A DNA stretch of 64,000 nucleotides from Pseudovirgaria hyperparasitica (taxonomy: Eukaryota): assembly GCA_010093815.1 (NCBI GenBank), contig ML996569.1. One strand, given 5' to 3'. A program made the translations under genes and the position numbers. Each line of letters starts with the position of its first letter. Position 1 is the stretch's first letter. Below, piece after piece: positions 39,545 to 52,973 of this stretch. The notes under the pieces are model-generated. The model was given only the letters and a program-made list of their open reading frames with translations, had not been told where the DNA came from and made no database searches.

Positions 39545-41014
39545 ATGTATAGAGGGTTTCTCATACGAGTTGCACTGGTGTTGGTATTGGCTCTGTGTGG
39601 TGCTGCTCAGGACGACTCCCAGAGATGTTGGTATCCGGACGGGAAGACACAACCACCGGACCATGTTCCTTGCAATAAACCTGACGGAGGAGAGTCAGTA
39701 TGTTGTCCGCAAAATTCGGTGTGTTTGAAGAGTGGTGCCTGTTACAATGCTGGTATTGTAATCCGGGCTTCGTGTACCGATCAGAGCTGGGGCGATGTAG
39801 CGTGTCCGGCCTTCTGTAGGGGTAAGGCTTGTTCAAAGCGTGAGAGACTAGAGTACGAAGCTAATCAACACTCTATAGATTGGCAGCCTGGAGGCATAGC
39901 AGTGCTACACGGTTGTGACGCGGATCCAATGGGCCGATACACGTGTGGCATCAACTCGACCTGTAATGAGAACAATGTTGTGATCGTCAACGGAAATGAT
40001 GAGTTCGACTTCAGACCGGCACAATTACAGGCCTTGATCGCATCAACAACTCCAAGTCCTTTGGAGACTTCGTCCGAAATACCAAATACGGGCTTCTCAG
40101 CAGTGGAAATGGCTGGAGTGGGAATCGGTGTGGGCATACCTCTGCTAATCGCAATTACGACACTCGCTTTTCTGTTGTGGAGAGAGAAAAGACACGTTCG
40201 AGATATTCAAAAGCAGGCGGAGAAAGATCTCCTAACTATCACTAGTACCCATCAAACAGAAATAGCTAGGCACGAGAATATAGGTTTCAATAGGGGGAGA
40301 GAAAGTCTCACTTCGAAGACAGAGCGAGTGCCCTTGGAACTAGACTCGCGTTATAGACACCCAAACAAGGGGTCTATGTCTAGTGGCTCTACAGCTGTGA
40401 CACAAGCCCGGCCGGAGCTAAGTGCTACAGCTTCACATATCTACATACCGAAAGAAGCACGTTTGATCAAACAATCTCTTGAAGGTCAAGTATCGCCTGC
40501 ATCGAGTTCGCTTTACCACGCGTCTCCTCATGCAGGGCGCTCGTCGCAAGATGTCCAAACGCGGAGCCGCACAAGCAGCAGTGTGGCAGATACGAGGACA
40601 TCGAGAGATAATATGGACCTGCACTCTTCTCGAAGTCCCCCAACCTCCAGATCGCCGCGTGCAGGTCCTTCACGAAGCTCGGCGACAGTCGGCTCATCGC
40701 GAGACAACATTAAAATGCACTCCCGGAGCCCTCCAGTAACAGGATCGCCGAGAGATGCCTCATCATGGAGCCCGGTTCGCGCAGGCCCATCTCGAGAGAT
40801 GGATCATCCGTCGCGAAGCCCACAGGCTGTAGGGCGTTCATCGAGGGAATACCAGACAAGGAGCCCGACATTTGGAACTTACTCTCCGGTAGATCCATCG
40901 CCTGTATCAAGTGGGTCGCCAGTGGGAAGACTCAGAGAGGAGGAGGTGAGGAATACATCAGCGCAAAGGGGAACTGCTAGTCCATGGGATGACCGAACGC
41001 CGAGATGGATATGA
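39545..41014 (+). CDS. Single-pass membrane protein: signal peptide, Cys-rich ectodomain, TM helix, Ser/Arg/Pro-rich tail
   Basis: Signal MYRGFLIRVALVLVLALCGAA; CWYPDG...PCN...SVCC...CLKSGAC...RASCTDQSW...CPAFC; TM AGVGIGVGIPLLIAITTLAFLLW. Probable in-frame intron at about 39822-39878. Confidence 0.82.
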   Translation: MYRGFLIRVALVLVLALCGAAQDDSQRCWYPDGKTQPPDHVPCNKPDGGESVCCPQNSVCLKSGACYNAGIVIRASCTDQSWGDVACPAFCRGKACSKRERLEYEANQHSIDWQPGGIAVLHGCDADPMGRYTCGINSTCNENNVVIVNGNDEFDFRPAQLQALIASTTPSPLETSSEIPNTGFSAVEMAGVGIGVGIPLLIAITTLAFLLWREKRHVRDIQKQAEKDLLTITSTHQTEIARHENIGFNRGRESLTSKTERVPLELDSRYRHPNKGSMSSGSTAVTQARPELSATASHIYIPKEARLIKQSLEGQVSPASSSLYHASPHAGRSSQDVQTRSRTSSSVADTRTSRDNMDLHSSRSPPTSRSPRAGPSRSSATVGSSRDNIKMHSRSPPVTGSPRDASSWSPVRAGPSREMDHPSRSPQAVGRSSREYQTRSPTFGTYSPVDPSPVSSGSPVGRLREEEVRNTSAQRGTASPWDDRTPRWI

Positions 41015-41232
41015 CCTTGGTATACACTTTCTCTGCACATACATATTGACGACGAATACGACTTTTAATATGAGGCCACACCATCAAGATCTTTCTGAGC
41101 ATACAATAACTAGCACTACTTTCTCAGGTGACAATTCCGCCCCCTCAAAATTTGTGTGACATGATTATCTATTGGACGCATTATCCTGGACTAATAGACA
41201 GACGTCTGACTATACCTCTTCTCTCCACTTCG

Positions 41233-42433
41233 TTAAATGCCTAGTATCTCAACTAGGCTCACACTTCTCTGATCATATAATACATGATGGAGATTGGAAC
41301 GATTGGCAGAATCAGAATTAACATCACTAGGATGCCATTGGAAAAATTGGTAATCCGTCTGGAGGTGTAATATGTCTCATCTTTACGGTCGTACGCATGC
41401 TCGTTGTTTGCCCAGTCTTTACAGTCCTCGAATTTTGTCTCTGTGTCTTTCGATGTGAATATTTTCTGCGACGCTTAGATCATATTTCGGAAGCGTATAA
41501 GTCCACCTACCTGGAGCAGTCCACATGCAAACGTCCGGATGAGTCCCTCGACCAGGCTGTCCAGCCATGCGAGGCCTCTCGCAGCACGGAGGGTGACCAT
41601 GTCTTCCTGATGGAGAATCCACTCGTCCTCGCCATGCCAAAGAGGTCTCCTGTTCTGTATATAGTTACTAACACTATTATAGTCAGCTGGCTTTGGGCGA
41701 GTAAATCCATTCATCGCTTGTGCAGACTGAAGTAAACTCGCTATATACGTCAGATTTGTATACCCGTACTACGAAGCGACTTACCATATGAGCGGAAATT
41801 TGACTCAATTTTTTTCATCAACTTCTTCTGCTCCACTGAATCCCACATGCGAGTGGTCAGTCGCTCCTTATGATTCATAGCAACTTCGGTGTCAATGTCT
41901 TTGAGCTCGTCTTCGAGTTCACGAAGCTCATCTTGTTTTCGAAGAATCAACCTGGCCTGGAGATAGCCAAAGCGGCGATAGATCATGAAATTTTCGTGGC
42001 TGTCCAGAAAAGCCGCTAAATGTGGATATCCTCTAGGGTATTCATTCACTGAGAAATTTCTTTTAGTAAGCTGAATAATGCCATCTACACAATGTCCTCC
42101 CCTTACGTTTGTTGATGATCGGTTTCGGCCCAGGGTTGTAGGGCTTCGCGAGCCATGATCGGATAAGGCCGACTAGCCCAGAGTGTATAGCGGACCTACT
42201 CGCTATAATCCAGTCAATACGAGCCATCGAAGACGATTCCAAATTTCCAATACCCTACCTTTAGAGGGATAGACATTGACCACGTCGTTCTCAGGTGTCG
42301 GGCTTTCAGAATCGCCGTCTGCATCTGTAGACATATCCATCATTATCGGTCAGGTTGGCGTTGTTGATGCACTGGAATGGATACACGTACCCTCCTCTCC
42401 AGGTTTCTTTTCATTGTCGTTAAGGAGTGCCAT
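41233..42433 (-). pseudogene. DUF6594-family membrane protein gene, C-terminally truncated
   Basis: Six exons with canonical splice sites from ATG 42433: …NEYPRGYPHLAAFLDSHENFMIYRRFGYLQARLILRKQDELRELE…DYNSVSNYI…WILHQEDMVTLR…WLDSLVE…YYTSRRI. One TM (GILVMLILILPIVPI), then an apparent frameshift and TAA at 41233-41235. Confidence 0.7.
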
Positions 42434-42617
42434 GATTTGTACGTCGAAATTTGGATCAGGTTTTCCGAAGGATAGATTTGAAACTCTGAAAATTTTGATT
42501 CCATTGGGGAAGCCTCAGCATAATAAGTAATGTACACCACTCACCGGTCCTTCTATGAGGAATGAGGGTGCCTAATACATAGCTCTGTCTGGGCACGCCA
42601 CCGCCTCCAACCGCCTC

Positions 42618-43009
42618 TTAGGTGTAAATAAAAACCTGCTCCAATGCTGGCTTAATGTCATCTTCAGCAAACCACTCCTGTCCATCTATCCTGACTATCT
42701 TTTCATTGTCATACTTGAGTTGGTACTCGTGCAGGATCGAACTGCCGACCACCAGGCGTTTTTCTTTGACGATTGCAAGGACATCGAGGTACCTGCCTGC
42801 AGTCCGTTTTATCTTTAACCACACTCGATCGTTTTCATATATGGCTTGCTTGTGCTGTCATTAATAATGTCAGCAAGTATGATGACCTTCTGAATCATGC
42901 CAATCCTGCATTGTTTGCTCAAGACCCTTGTCACTATGCGCAACAATGAGGCTGTGTGGCGGGACACTGACCATTTCAGGGATACCTTGTCTGATCGCGG
43001 ACCTCCCAT
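42618..43009 (-). CDS. Small (about 86 aa) Tudor/SH3-like beta-barrel protein, 2 exons
   Basis: MGGPRSDK | intron 42985-42855 (GTATCC...GCTGAC...CAG, phase 0) | HKQAIYENDRVWLKIK...AIVKEKR...HEYQLKYDNEK...GQEWFAEDDIKPALEQVFIYT*. The fold is inferred from the strand pattern. Confidence 0.6.
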
Positions 43010-43602
43010 CAGGCTACAAAGGGAGCTTTAATCAGTGCTTCGACTTCTTGAGGGCTTTACTTGAGCTTACCGATGGACACTTCTCTTTACGGGTGCTGTC
43101 TTGATCCGATCCAACATTAGGTTGAAGTTGAGACATGATATTGCACGTCAGCCTTGCGCAATCACTATCTGGTCGCTATATGTGTATATGTGGTACTCGT
43201 TTCAGCGCTGGAAAAGGTTGAATTTGCAGGCTGATAAGGAAACTTGTTCGATGGCTCAGATCTGGGGATCCTTAAATATTCTAGTAGCTTCAGTTATACA
43301 TTTGGAATACAGATTGGCCCCGCAGGCTAGCTGAATGGTGGTTCGTATATGATAGGTGGATATTGTCCCTTGTGTATGCCAGCTCACAATGTCTAGTCGA
43401 ACCAATTGAATGCTCCAGCACGCTAGAATAGAATGCTGTTGCCCATCTTAAGCGAATCGTACAAGGCTGTGGCACGAGGCTATGGCTACGCAGGGTTCTC
43501 ATCTGAAAGCCTGATTGTCAATATTGAAAGCACAATTTTCATGTTATGTCCCGCTTCATACCATAGCTTTTTCTTTCAAAGACTACTCTGGTATAATACG
43601 AC

Positions 43603-45075
43603 ATGATTATAAAAATACATACTCTATCTACCAAAGGTACGAGCTCCCCGGGAAATATAACTCAGAACTTACCCGGGCTCAGATCTAAGCCCGAATTAGA
43701 ACGCCAGCGCGAGCTTTTTGACAGGAGCTCCAAGTCCGAACCAACTTGACATGATAAGGTCTCCGTACTCCTATTGACGTGGGATGATGAGCAAGATGAC
43801 CCCAATGTCAAGGGGGAGGTCCGACTATACTCAATTCAACATAAGTATGCTAACGCAAGCGCAAAGTCCAACAACTACATAGCGTCTTCGAGAGAAGATT
43901 ACGGCTTCGTTGTTGTACTAAAGCGACTCAATGTCGACTCTCATACTCCACAAACCCAAATCAACTACTGCATTGCCGAGTTCGCACACAACCACAACCT
44001 CAAGAACTCTTTGTTGATCGTATATTACGCTGGGCGTGCCAATTACTTCAATGAGAAGCTGAGGATGACTGGGTATACATCCTTACCTATATTACACGCT
44101 ACCAATGTAATGCTAATACGATAGCAGAACAGCGAAACGTGGAGTGGTCGAAGAGCTAGTACCTCACAGTATGACTGGGAACAGTATGGAACAATCGTTG
44201 AGAGGACTTGCTTCGGACATTCTCGTTATCTTCGACTGTTGTGAGCCTGGAAGTCTTGCTCACGGTCGTGCTGCGCGGTCGTTCGAATACATGGCAGCTT
44301 GCGGGGCTGGAGAAACTGCTGCACTTCCTGGTTCAGCGCCCTTCACGGCCGCCCTCATCAAAGCTGTAAAGGGTTACAGAGCCGAGAAGGAAATCTTTAC
44401 CTCACAACATCCACTACAGAGTATCCAGGGCTCAGAGACCCTATCAAAAAACCAGCAACCTAATCTTTCGACCCGGCATACTCGTTTCAAATATCGCCTT
44501 TGGATTGCACCGCTTAACGCTGATATCCTAAATAAAACTTGAGGCCAACATCAGGATCTTGAAAACGGGTATCTTGACATTCGTTTCCATTATTACAGGA
44601 CTGTCAATGACAACGATATTGAGAACACAGCCCGGGCACTCTACACACTATTTCAGGACCGGGATTTCCCAGCTCGGGTCGTATCTTTACGAAATACATC
44701 ATCAGGCAAAGAAGCTGTCACTCCGCACGTTGGGCCGCCTGGCGCTCGTCTTATGATGCACCACCATTAGTGTCGATAAAATCCGCTTCAGCAGTTGTAG
44801 AACAGAAAAAGAATTGCAGTAAATGCCTCCTGCCAGAACGACATTTTCAGGGCTATAGCAGTCGTGTAACTTCTGAGGATTCCACGGATCTGACAGAAGA
44901 GGCATCCATTTTAAAGGTAAAATCATTAACAGATCGTCTAGAAACATGTTTCTCTGAACAGTCTGAAAGGGGCCGCGATAGGGCCTTCGATTCGAATCGT
45001 GGGATAGGATACCACATCAAAGTGCCATTCATCTGTCTCCTAGCTTGCAGCAGCATGTGTGCAACCAAATTTTAG
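43603..45075 (+). pseudogene. Caspase-like (clan CD, peptidase C14/CHAT-like) protease pseudogene
   Basis: DKVSVLLLTWDD, EDYGF, LLIVYYAGRA (family YYAGHG), DILVIFDCC, FEYMAAC, PFTAALI, YLDIRFH. In-frame TGA at 43747 and 44540, apparent frameshift near 43890. Confidence 0.75.
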
Positions 45076-46302
45076 GTTAGGTAAATCTCTCTTATACCTC
45101 AGATGCGCAAGACTACTAACATACCATATAGTCTCAGTCGGCAGAAGCTCGACGGACGAAATCTCTGCCAGTATGATCTGTGGTCAACTGTCTTACTGTA
45201 ATATTGGACATATGATTCAGAGACGCTATGATGTAGCATGAATCTAGCATCTCACTGCACGATGACATCTGTCGGGTCAAAGGGAGTAGTGCAGTACTTT
45301 AAAGCTAGATGGGAATCTCAACGTATAGCTTTGGTATATACGTCATCAACCCTATTCCCTTCTTGACAACCCACAACATGGATCTAAGATGACATGTTGC
45401 ATCGACCTTTCCTTGATTTTGCAACTTACGCAGTATCGTTGGAGCTATGTGTGTGGTCGACTGGTCGATTTCTATGCCATACGTGTGTCTAATCGAGCTT
45501 TTAGATAGGCGCGTTAAGTACTTATATACGCCACTATATGTGATTCAAAAGACTCAAATTGCTTACTCCATCGTTGCAGCAGTAAGGTTTCCTACCCTCA
45601 ATTCCGAGGATGGGTACGAAGTAGGAAAGAGTGATTAGTCTAAAGCTAGACTACAGTTAGGATGCCAAGTCTGGATTGATTTGTGATATGCTCTACTCGA
45701 TCTGTTGAATGTATGGTGTTACTGCACGTTGGACTGCCATAAGTGGAAAAGAATACGTGGTATTCAGGCTTCTAAACTACGTGTTACTGCTGTAGATTTT
45801 GGTAGAGAACACATGTGTGCTCCTCGATATTGACATGGAATAAGTTTCTCGAAGTTTGATACTGGTTTTCTTGATGTACTGTCTGGAAAAAACTTCTTTG
45901 CTTACTGTTGGATATAGCGAAAAAGGTCTTCATAGCTACATTAATATACACGAAAGAGCACTACTCTACTATAGAACAAAAGCTATATCGTGAGAAAATG
46001 AATACATTCTCTAATGGGGATTGGTCAAACGATGTGCTGATCAAAGGCTAATCATGATGGCTTGTTCACTGATACCATGTTTGAGCAAGCACATACAATC
46101 ACCATCACAGGAAGTTGTGTCAGGAATGATCAATGTATGACCATTACGGACCGATAGTATTTCTGGTAGAAATACCGTACATCTAATCTGGGGTATCTAT
46201 CGCGAGGAGAAATCAAGAGAAGACAGCTAGTAAACAAGTATACAGTTTTTCAATACGAGATGACCCCAGCTCCCTCTCACAGGCAACAGCAAATCTGGCC
46301 CT

Positions 46303-47343
46303 TTAGGCCCTTCGAGTCCGCTTCTGCGAACGGAAGTTGTTCAGCTCCGCATGAACCTTCCTAACATATGCCATGTCGGCATCCTCCTCCTCCTCCGCCT
46401 CAGACTCCACCACACGGCGCTTTCGACCCCTCTTGACGACCGGCGCCTCAGGAAGAACAGCAGTACGTGCTGGTGGAGCCTTCGGCATCCGTAGCTTGAC
46501 CACCAGAGACTTGCGAGCGGTGACGACGGGAGAAACAGTGGAGGCAGGATGGGAGCGTCTAGACTGTTGCGACGTCGCCATCCCACCACCGCGAGTGGAC
46601 TCACGTTCCTCGACATTGGAACGGAATCGCAACTCGCGGTTCCACTGATTCTTGACCGCCGCCGGCGACCGCGAGAAACTCTTCTTGGCCAGAAAGGCCG
46701 AGGCTCTCTCCCACATCTGGTCCCGCGAGACCGCATCCTCCAATCCCTGACGACGGCGGAGATTGTTGGCGTTGACACTGCGGATCATCGCCGTCACGCA
46801 GGCCTTGTTCTCCGCCGCCGTCCAGCTCCGGCTCCCAATGCCGAAATCGAGTCTTGCGCTCCTGGCAGCCAAGACGGCGGTGCAGTCATAGATGGGAAAC
46901 TGCCCACCGTCATCCTCGCTGGCCGGCAGATGGATGGTTCCATCTGAGGAGATTTTGGCGCCGCGAGGACAGCTGCCAGGAGCAAACGTTGTGAGGAGGG
47001 GAGAAGTCGGCGTTGTTGGGGAGGCAGGGGGTGATTCCAGGTCCCCTTCCTCAGAGAATCCACCGACCAGCAGTGGAGACCCTGGGAAGAGGTCGTCGTC
47101 GGCGCCCAGAACCGCCGGATCCTCTACTGGGTACGGAAAAAACCGACCCTTGCCCGCGGGGATTGAGGGGTGATACTCCCCGGGGAAGATAAATAACCAG
47201 AACCCAGGGACCTGGGTTGGCGGAAGAGTTGGGGTGGTCGAGGGGAAATCCGGCGGAGGGACGCCGAAGAAACCGTCCAGCGGTGTCTTCGGGAGTCCCT
47301 CATTGAAGGCGTGGTTGAACGCCTCGGAGCGAGGAGACAACAT
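46303..47343 (-). CDS. Intronless Myb/SANT-like domain protein
   Basis: ATG 47343 in good context (ACCGCCATG), TATA-like element near 47530. SWTAAENKAC…DQMWERASAFL…RSPAAVKNQWNRELR fits Myb Trp spacing. Basic NLS-like KRGRKRR. Confidence 0.7.
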   Translation of the reverse strand: MLSPRSEAFNHAFNEGLPKTPLDGFFGVPPPDFPSTTPTLPPTQVPGFWLFIFPGEYHPSIPAGKGRFFPYPVEDPAVLGADDDLFPGSPLLVGGFSEEGDLESPPASPTTPTSPLLTTFAPGSCPRGAKISSDGTIHLPASEDDGGQFPIYDCTAVLAARSARLDFGIGSRSWTAAENKACVTAMIRSVNANNLRRRQGLEDAVSRDQMWERASAFLAKKSFSRSPAAVKNQWNRELRFRSNVEERESTRGGGMATSQQSRRSHPASTVSPVVTARKSLVVKLRMPKAPPARTAVLPEAPVVKRGRKRRVVESEAEEEEDADMAYVRKVHAELNNFRSQKRTRRA

Positions 47344-48707
47344 GGCGGTGGTGGTGAAATGAGGAAAAGCCCTGCTGGCTATATGGAGAATGAGGGTTTG
47401 AGAAGAAATGGAAGCGACCAGCGCTTGATGGAGAGAGCGGTTTTGAAGGTGTTGATGATGTGGAAATGTAGATGGATATGAATTCAAAAGGTGGCCAAAG
47501 AACAAGAAAATACTGGAGGATCTTGAAGTTATATACTACTGTTTCTAAGGCATTACAATGGTCTACAGAAATCTATTGTTGTCTTAGGAACGCTGAATAT
47601 GCTATATAAAACGTCAATTGACCGGGTATAGTCGAGTGGTCGCCGACTGCATTCAACGCTCTGATTGGCTCTAACGCCGTATCTGACGACATGTCCCACT
47701 GCTGAATAGACTACGAGCAGATTGTATATATGGGAAGCGGGGCCTGAAAGTATTGAAAAGTGGTCCATAACAAAGTGAATCGAGATTCTGCGTGCAAGTC
47801 GACTCAAAAGGGAGGCGAGCTCAGTTCTGCTCAAAGTCTATTCAGAGCACGAACAATACTAGGATGTCTTCAGTGACTTAATTATGACTCTATTGTGCTT
47901 TGGTGGTTCGAAACGATGGCGCAAGTGAACAAGCCGCTCCAAAATTTTGGGTGAAGGACACATGATCCGGATATGAGCAAGACACAAGCGAGCCTGAGGC
48001 ACCTATGATTGCAAGAGATTTTAGATGGACTTGACGAGACAAAAGCGAATTCCTTGTCTGAGGATGGAAGAAAAGTGTGCAAGCAGAGCAGGAACACTAA
48101 AGAAAGTTCTGGTCGATGAGCAATAGCTACTTCAATTAAGAGTGTGATCAAACGGCTAGCGAAGCTTGAGAAGAATAAAAACATAAATGGAGAGATTGAA
48201 CATAGTTTGATTCATGTACTGCAATATGTAACCTCTGCTGATTCCCAATTTCTCACAAGAGTCAGAATGATCTTCCAAATTGGGCGCCCAGCCGTGGGTA
48301 GAAATCTGATCTTCGCGCAGCGCGAAAACTACTTCGTCAATTGGAATCAGAAGCGCCGTAGCTAGTATGTTGTTTGCTGGCGTTGATGAGAAGAAGAGAA
48401 AAAATTTGGCGAGCGCAAAACGAACTTGACGTTGGCACGGCTGAATGTCGGGAAAGCTAGGTATCAGCTCCACTGTGGCCTTAGTTAGAACAACATATCC
48501 GCAAGAGCATCGCTGAACACAAAAGGCGATCTCGGTGCCTACTGCTATTGCGTCGCTGTCCTTTTCCTTGAATATATTGTTCCTTGAACCTTAGCTCTGA
48601 TCTGCCTTTAGGCTTATCTCCAACAGTCTCATTGCCTCGAACACTCTGCGTGTGTGCGACATCGAAATTCCGCGATTGCAGCTCTTCCGGAGCACACGAA
48701 CGTAAAC

Positions 48708-51284
<2,577 letters not shown>

Positions 51285-51477
51285 ATGAGAAGCAAGAATA
51301 AAGCAGCGATGGGTCCTGCCGCTTGTACACTGATTATAAGCTCAAGAATAATATCATTATGGTTTGGACGGTGTAGCAATATGAAGCAGTGCTAATTGTG
51401 GTATGACCTAGAAATGATGAATAGCGACGTAGTGGCGCGTTACGTGTCTTTGACACTTCGGTTTGTGTGTGACGGTA

Positions 51478-52374
51478 CTAGATACACTTGCCACCATCAA
51501 CCTTGATGTTGATACCAGTAATGAATTTTGCATCATCGCTTGCTAGCCATAGCACCGCGTTTGCAGTATCCTGTACCTCACCCAATCGACCCAAAGGCAC
51601 CTGTTTGTTAAAGCTCTCGCGATTCTCCGGCGTATCCTCGACACCCACGAAGCTCGAGAATAGACCGGTTCCCGTCAGGAGCGGAGCCACGCTGTTGAAT
51701 CTAATCTGGTGCGGTCCATACTCTGATGCCAAACCTTTCGTTGCATTGACCACGGCGCCTTTCGTTGAGTTGTACCACACAAGCCCTGGTCTTGGCCGCG
51801 ATGCACCAACCGAGGCAATGTTGACGACAGAGCCACCTTTGCCGCGCTCAATGAAGTGAGGGACCAAAGTGTTGCTCCCGTGAAAGATGCTCTTGACGTT
51901 CAGATTGAAGACAAATTCCCAGTCTTTCTCGGTGACTTCTAGCGTCGGCTGCGGATCCGGGTTAGTAGTGGCCACGTGACCGTGTCTCAACGGTCATCTT
52001 CATTCAATTACCTTCATCTTGTATGTGCCGCCAGCGTTATTGACGAGGATATCGACGTGGCCGAACTCCTTGACTGCGTATTCCAGCGTAGCCTTCCAGT
52101 CGTCGGCACTGGTGACGTCGTGGCGGAAGAATTTCAGGCTTGAGGAGCTCTCGGATGCCGCCGTTTTCGCGCCGGCATCTTCATTGATGTCTGTGATGAG
52201 CACTTTTGCGCCGTTGGCGACAAAGGTCTTTGCTATCTGGGCCCCGAAGCCGGCTGCTCCGCCTGTTGATCTGTGAGCTCTCACGAGTGTGGATTTTTAC
52301 GCAGAGCGATGCTGATTGTTACCGGTGACGATGGCGACTTTGCCTTCTAATTTCGGTGCTGATGCTGCCGCCAT
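51478..52374 (-). CDS. Classical short-chain dehydrogenase/reductase
   Basis: KVAIVTGGAAGFG, DILVNNAG, NIASVG, RPRPGLVWYNSTKG (YxxxK), FITGINIKVDGG. 2 introns. Confidence 0.92.
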
Positions 52375-52973
52375 GGTAAATTACCTAATCTGGTGCTGGT
52401 GATTTGAGTATTGAGATTGGAGTAGATTTATGGAGAATCAAAGATGGATAACGCTAGAGAAAGGGCAGACGTTATTCCCGAAACTTGCGTGAGTACTCCT
52501 GCTCTGCAGACAGCTGATGCCTGACGATCGAGGCAGGCACTCTTTGGCATTGTCACGAGCTTTCGACACAAATTCCCGCAAGATCAATGGCAGTTCACGT
52601 CATAGTAATGCATTGCTGCACCGCAGATGGGATCGGAGTGGCCATCAGTGTACAAGCGGAGGGGTAAAATGAGGGGCAGCCATATCATGATGCTAGTTTG
52701 GGACTAGTGAGAAAGCTCCGGGTAGTGCAGACGACCGAGGGGACGACTGTTAAGTTGTTCGGATTTAACAGCCGAATTGCATCATCGCCACAGAATCTAC
52801 TACGCAGGCAGGTAAGATACCTCATTGACCACCGACACCATTCTGCCCGGACCTGCCTGTAGGGAACTGACTCGTGTCGTCCTCAGCACCACTCCACTCA
52901 AGCAGGCAGAAGGGATTTATATTCCGGATCCGAAAAGATCACTACTCCTTAACGACTCTTCAGTACCGCAAAC

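Noticed and set aside
43747..44542. UGA recoding (selenocysteine, opal suppression or A-to-I rescue) of the two ACT-TGA stops in the caspase-like gene, possibly by the UCA tRNA-like element
   Set aside because: The gene also has an apparent frameshift, a damaged acceptor and His>Arg at the catalytic site. The tRNA-like element lacks a proper acceptor stem. Simple pseudogenisation explains everything.
45100..48400. Transposon boundaries around the Myb-like gene
   Set aside because: No terminal inverted repeats, LTRs, target-site duplication or transposase remnant could be identified.
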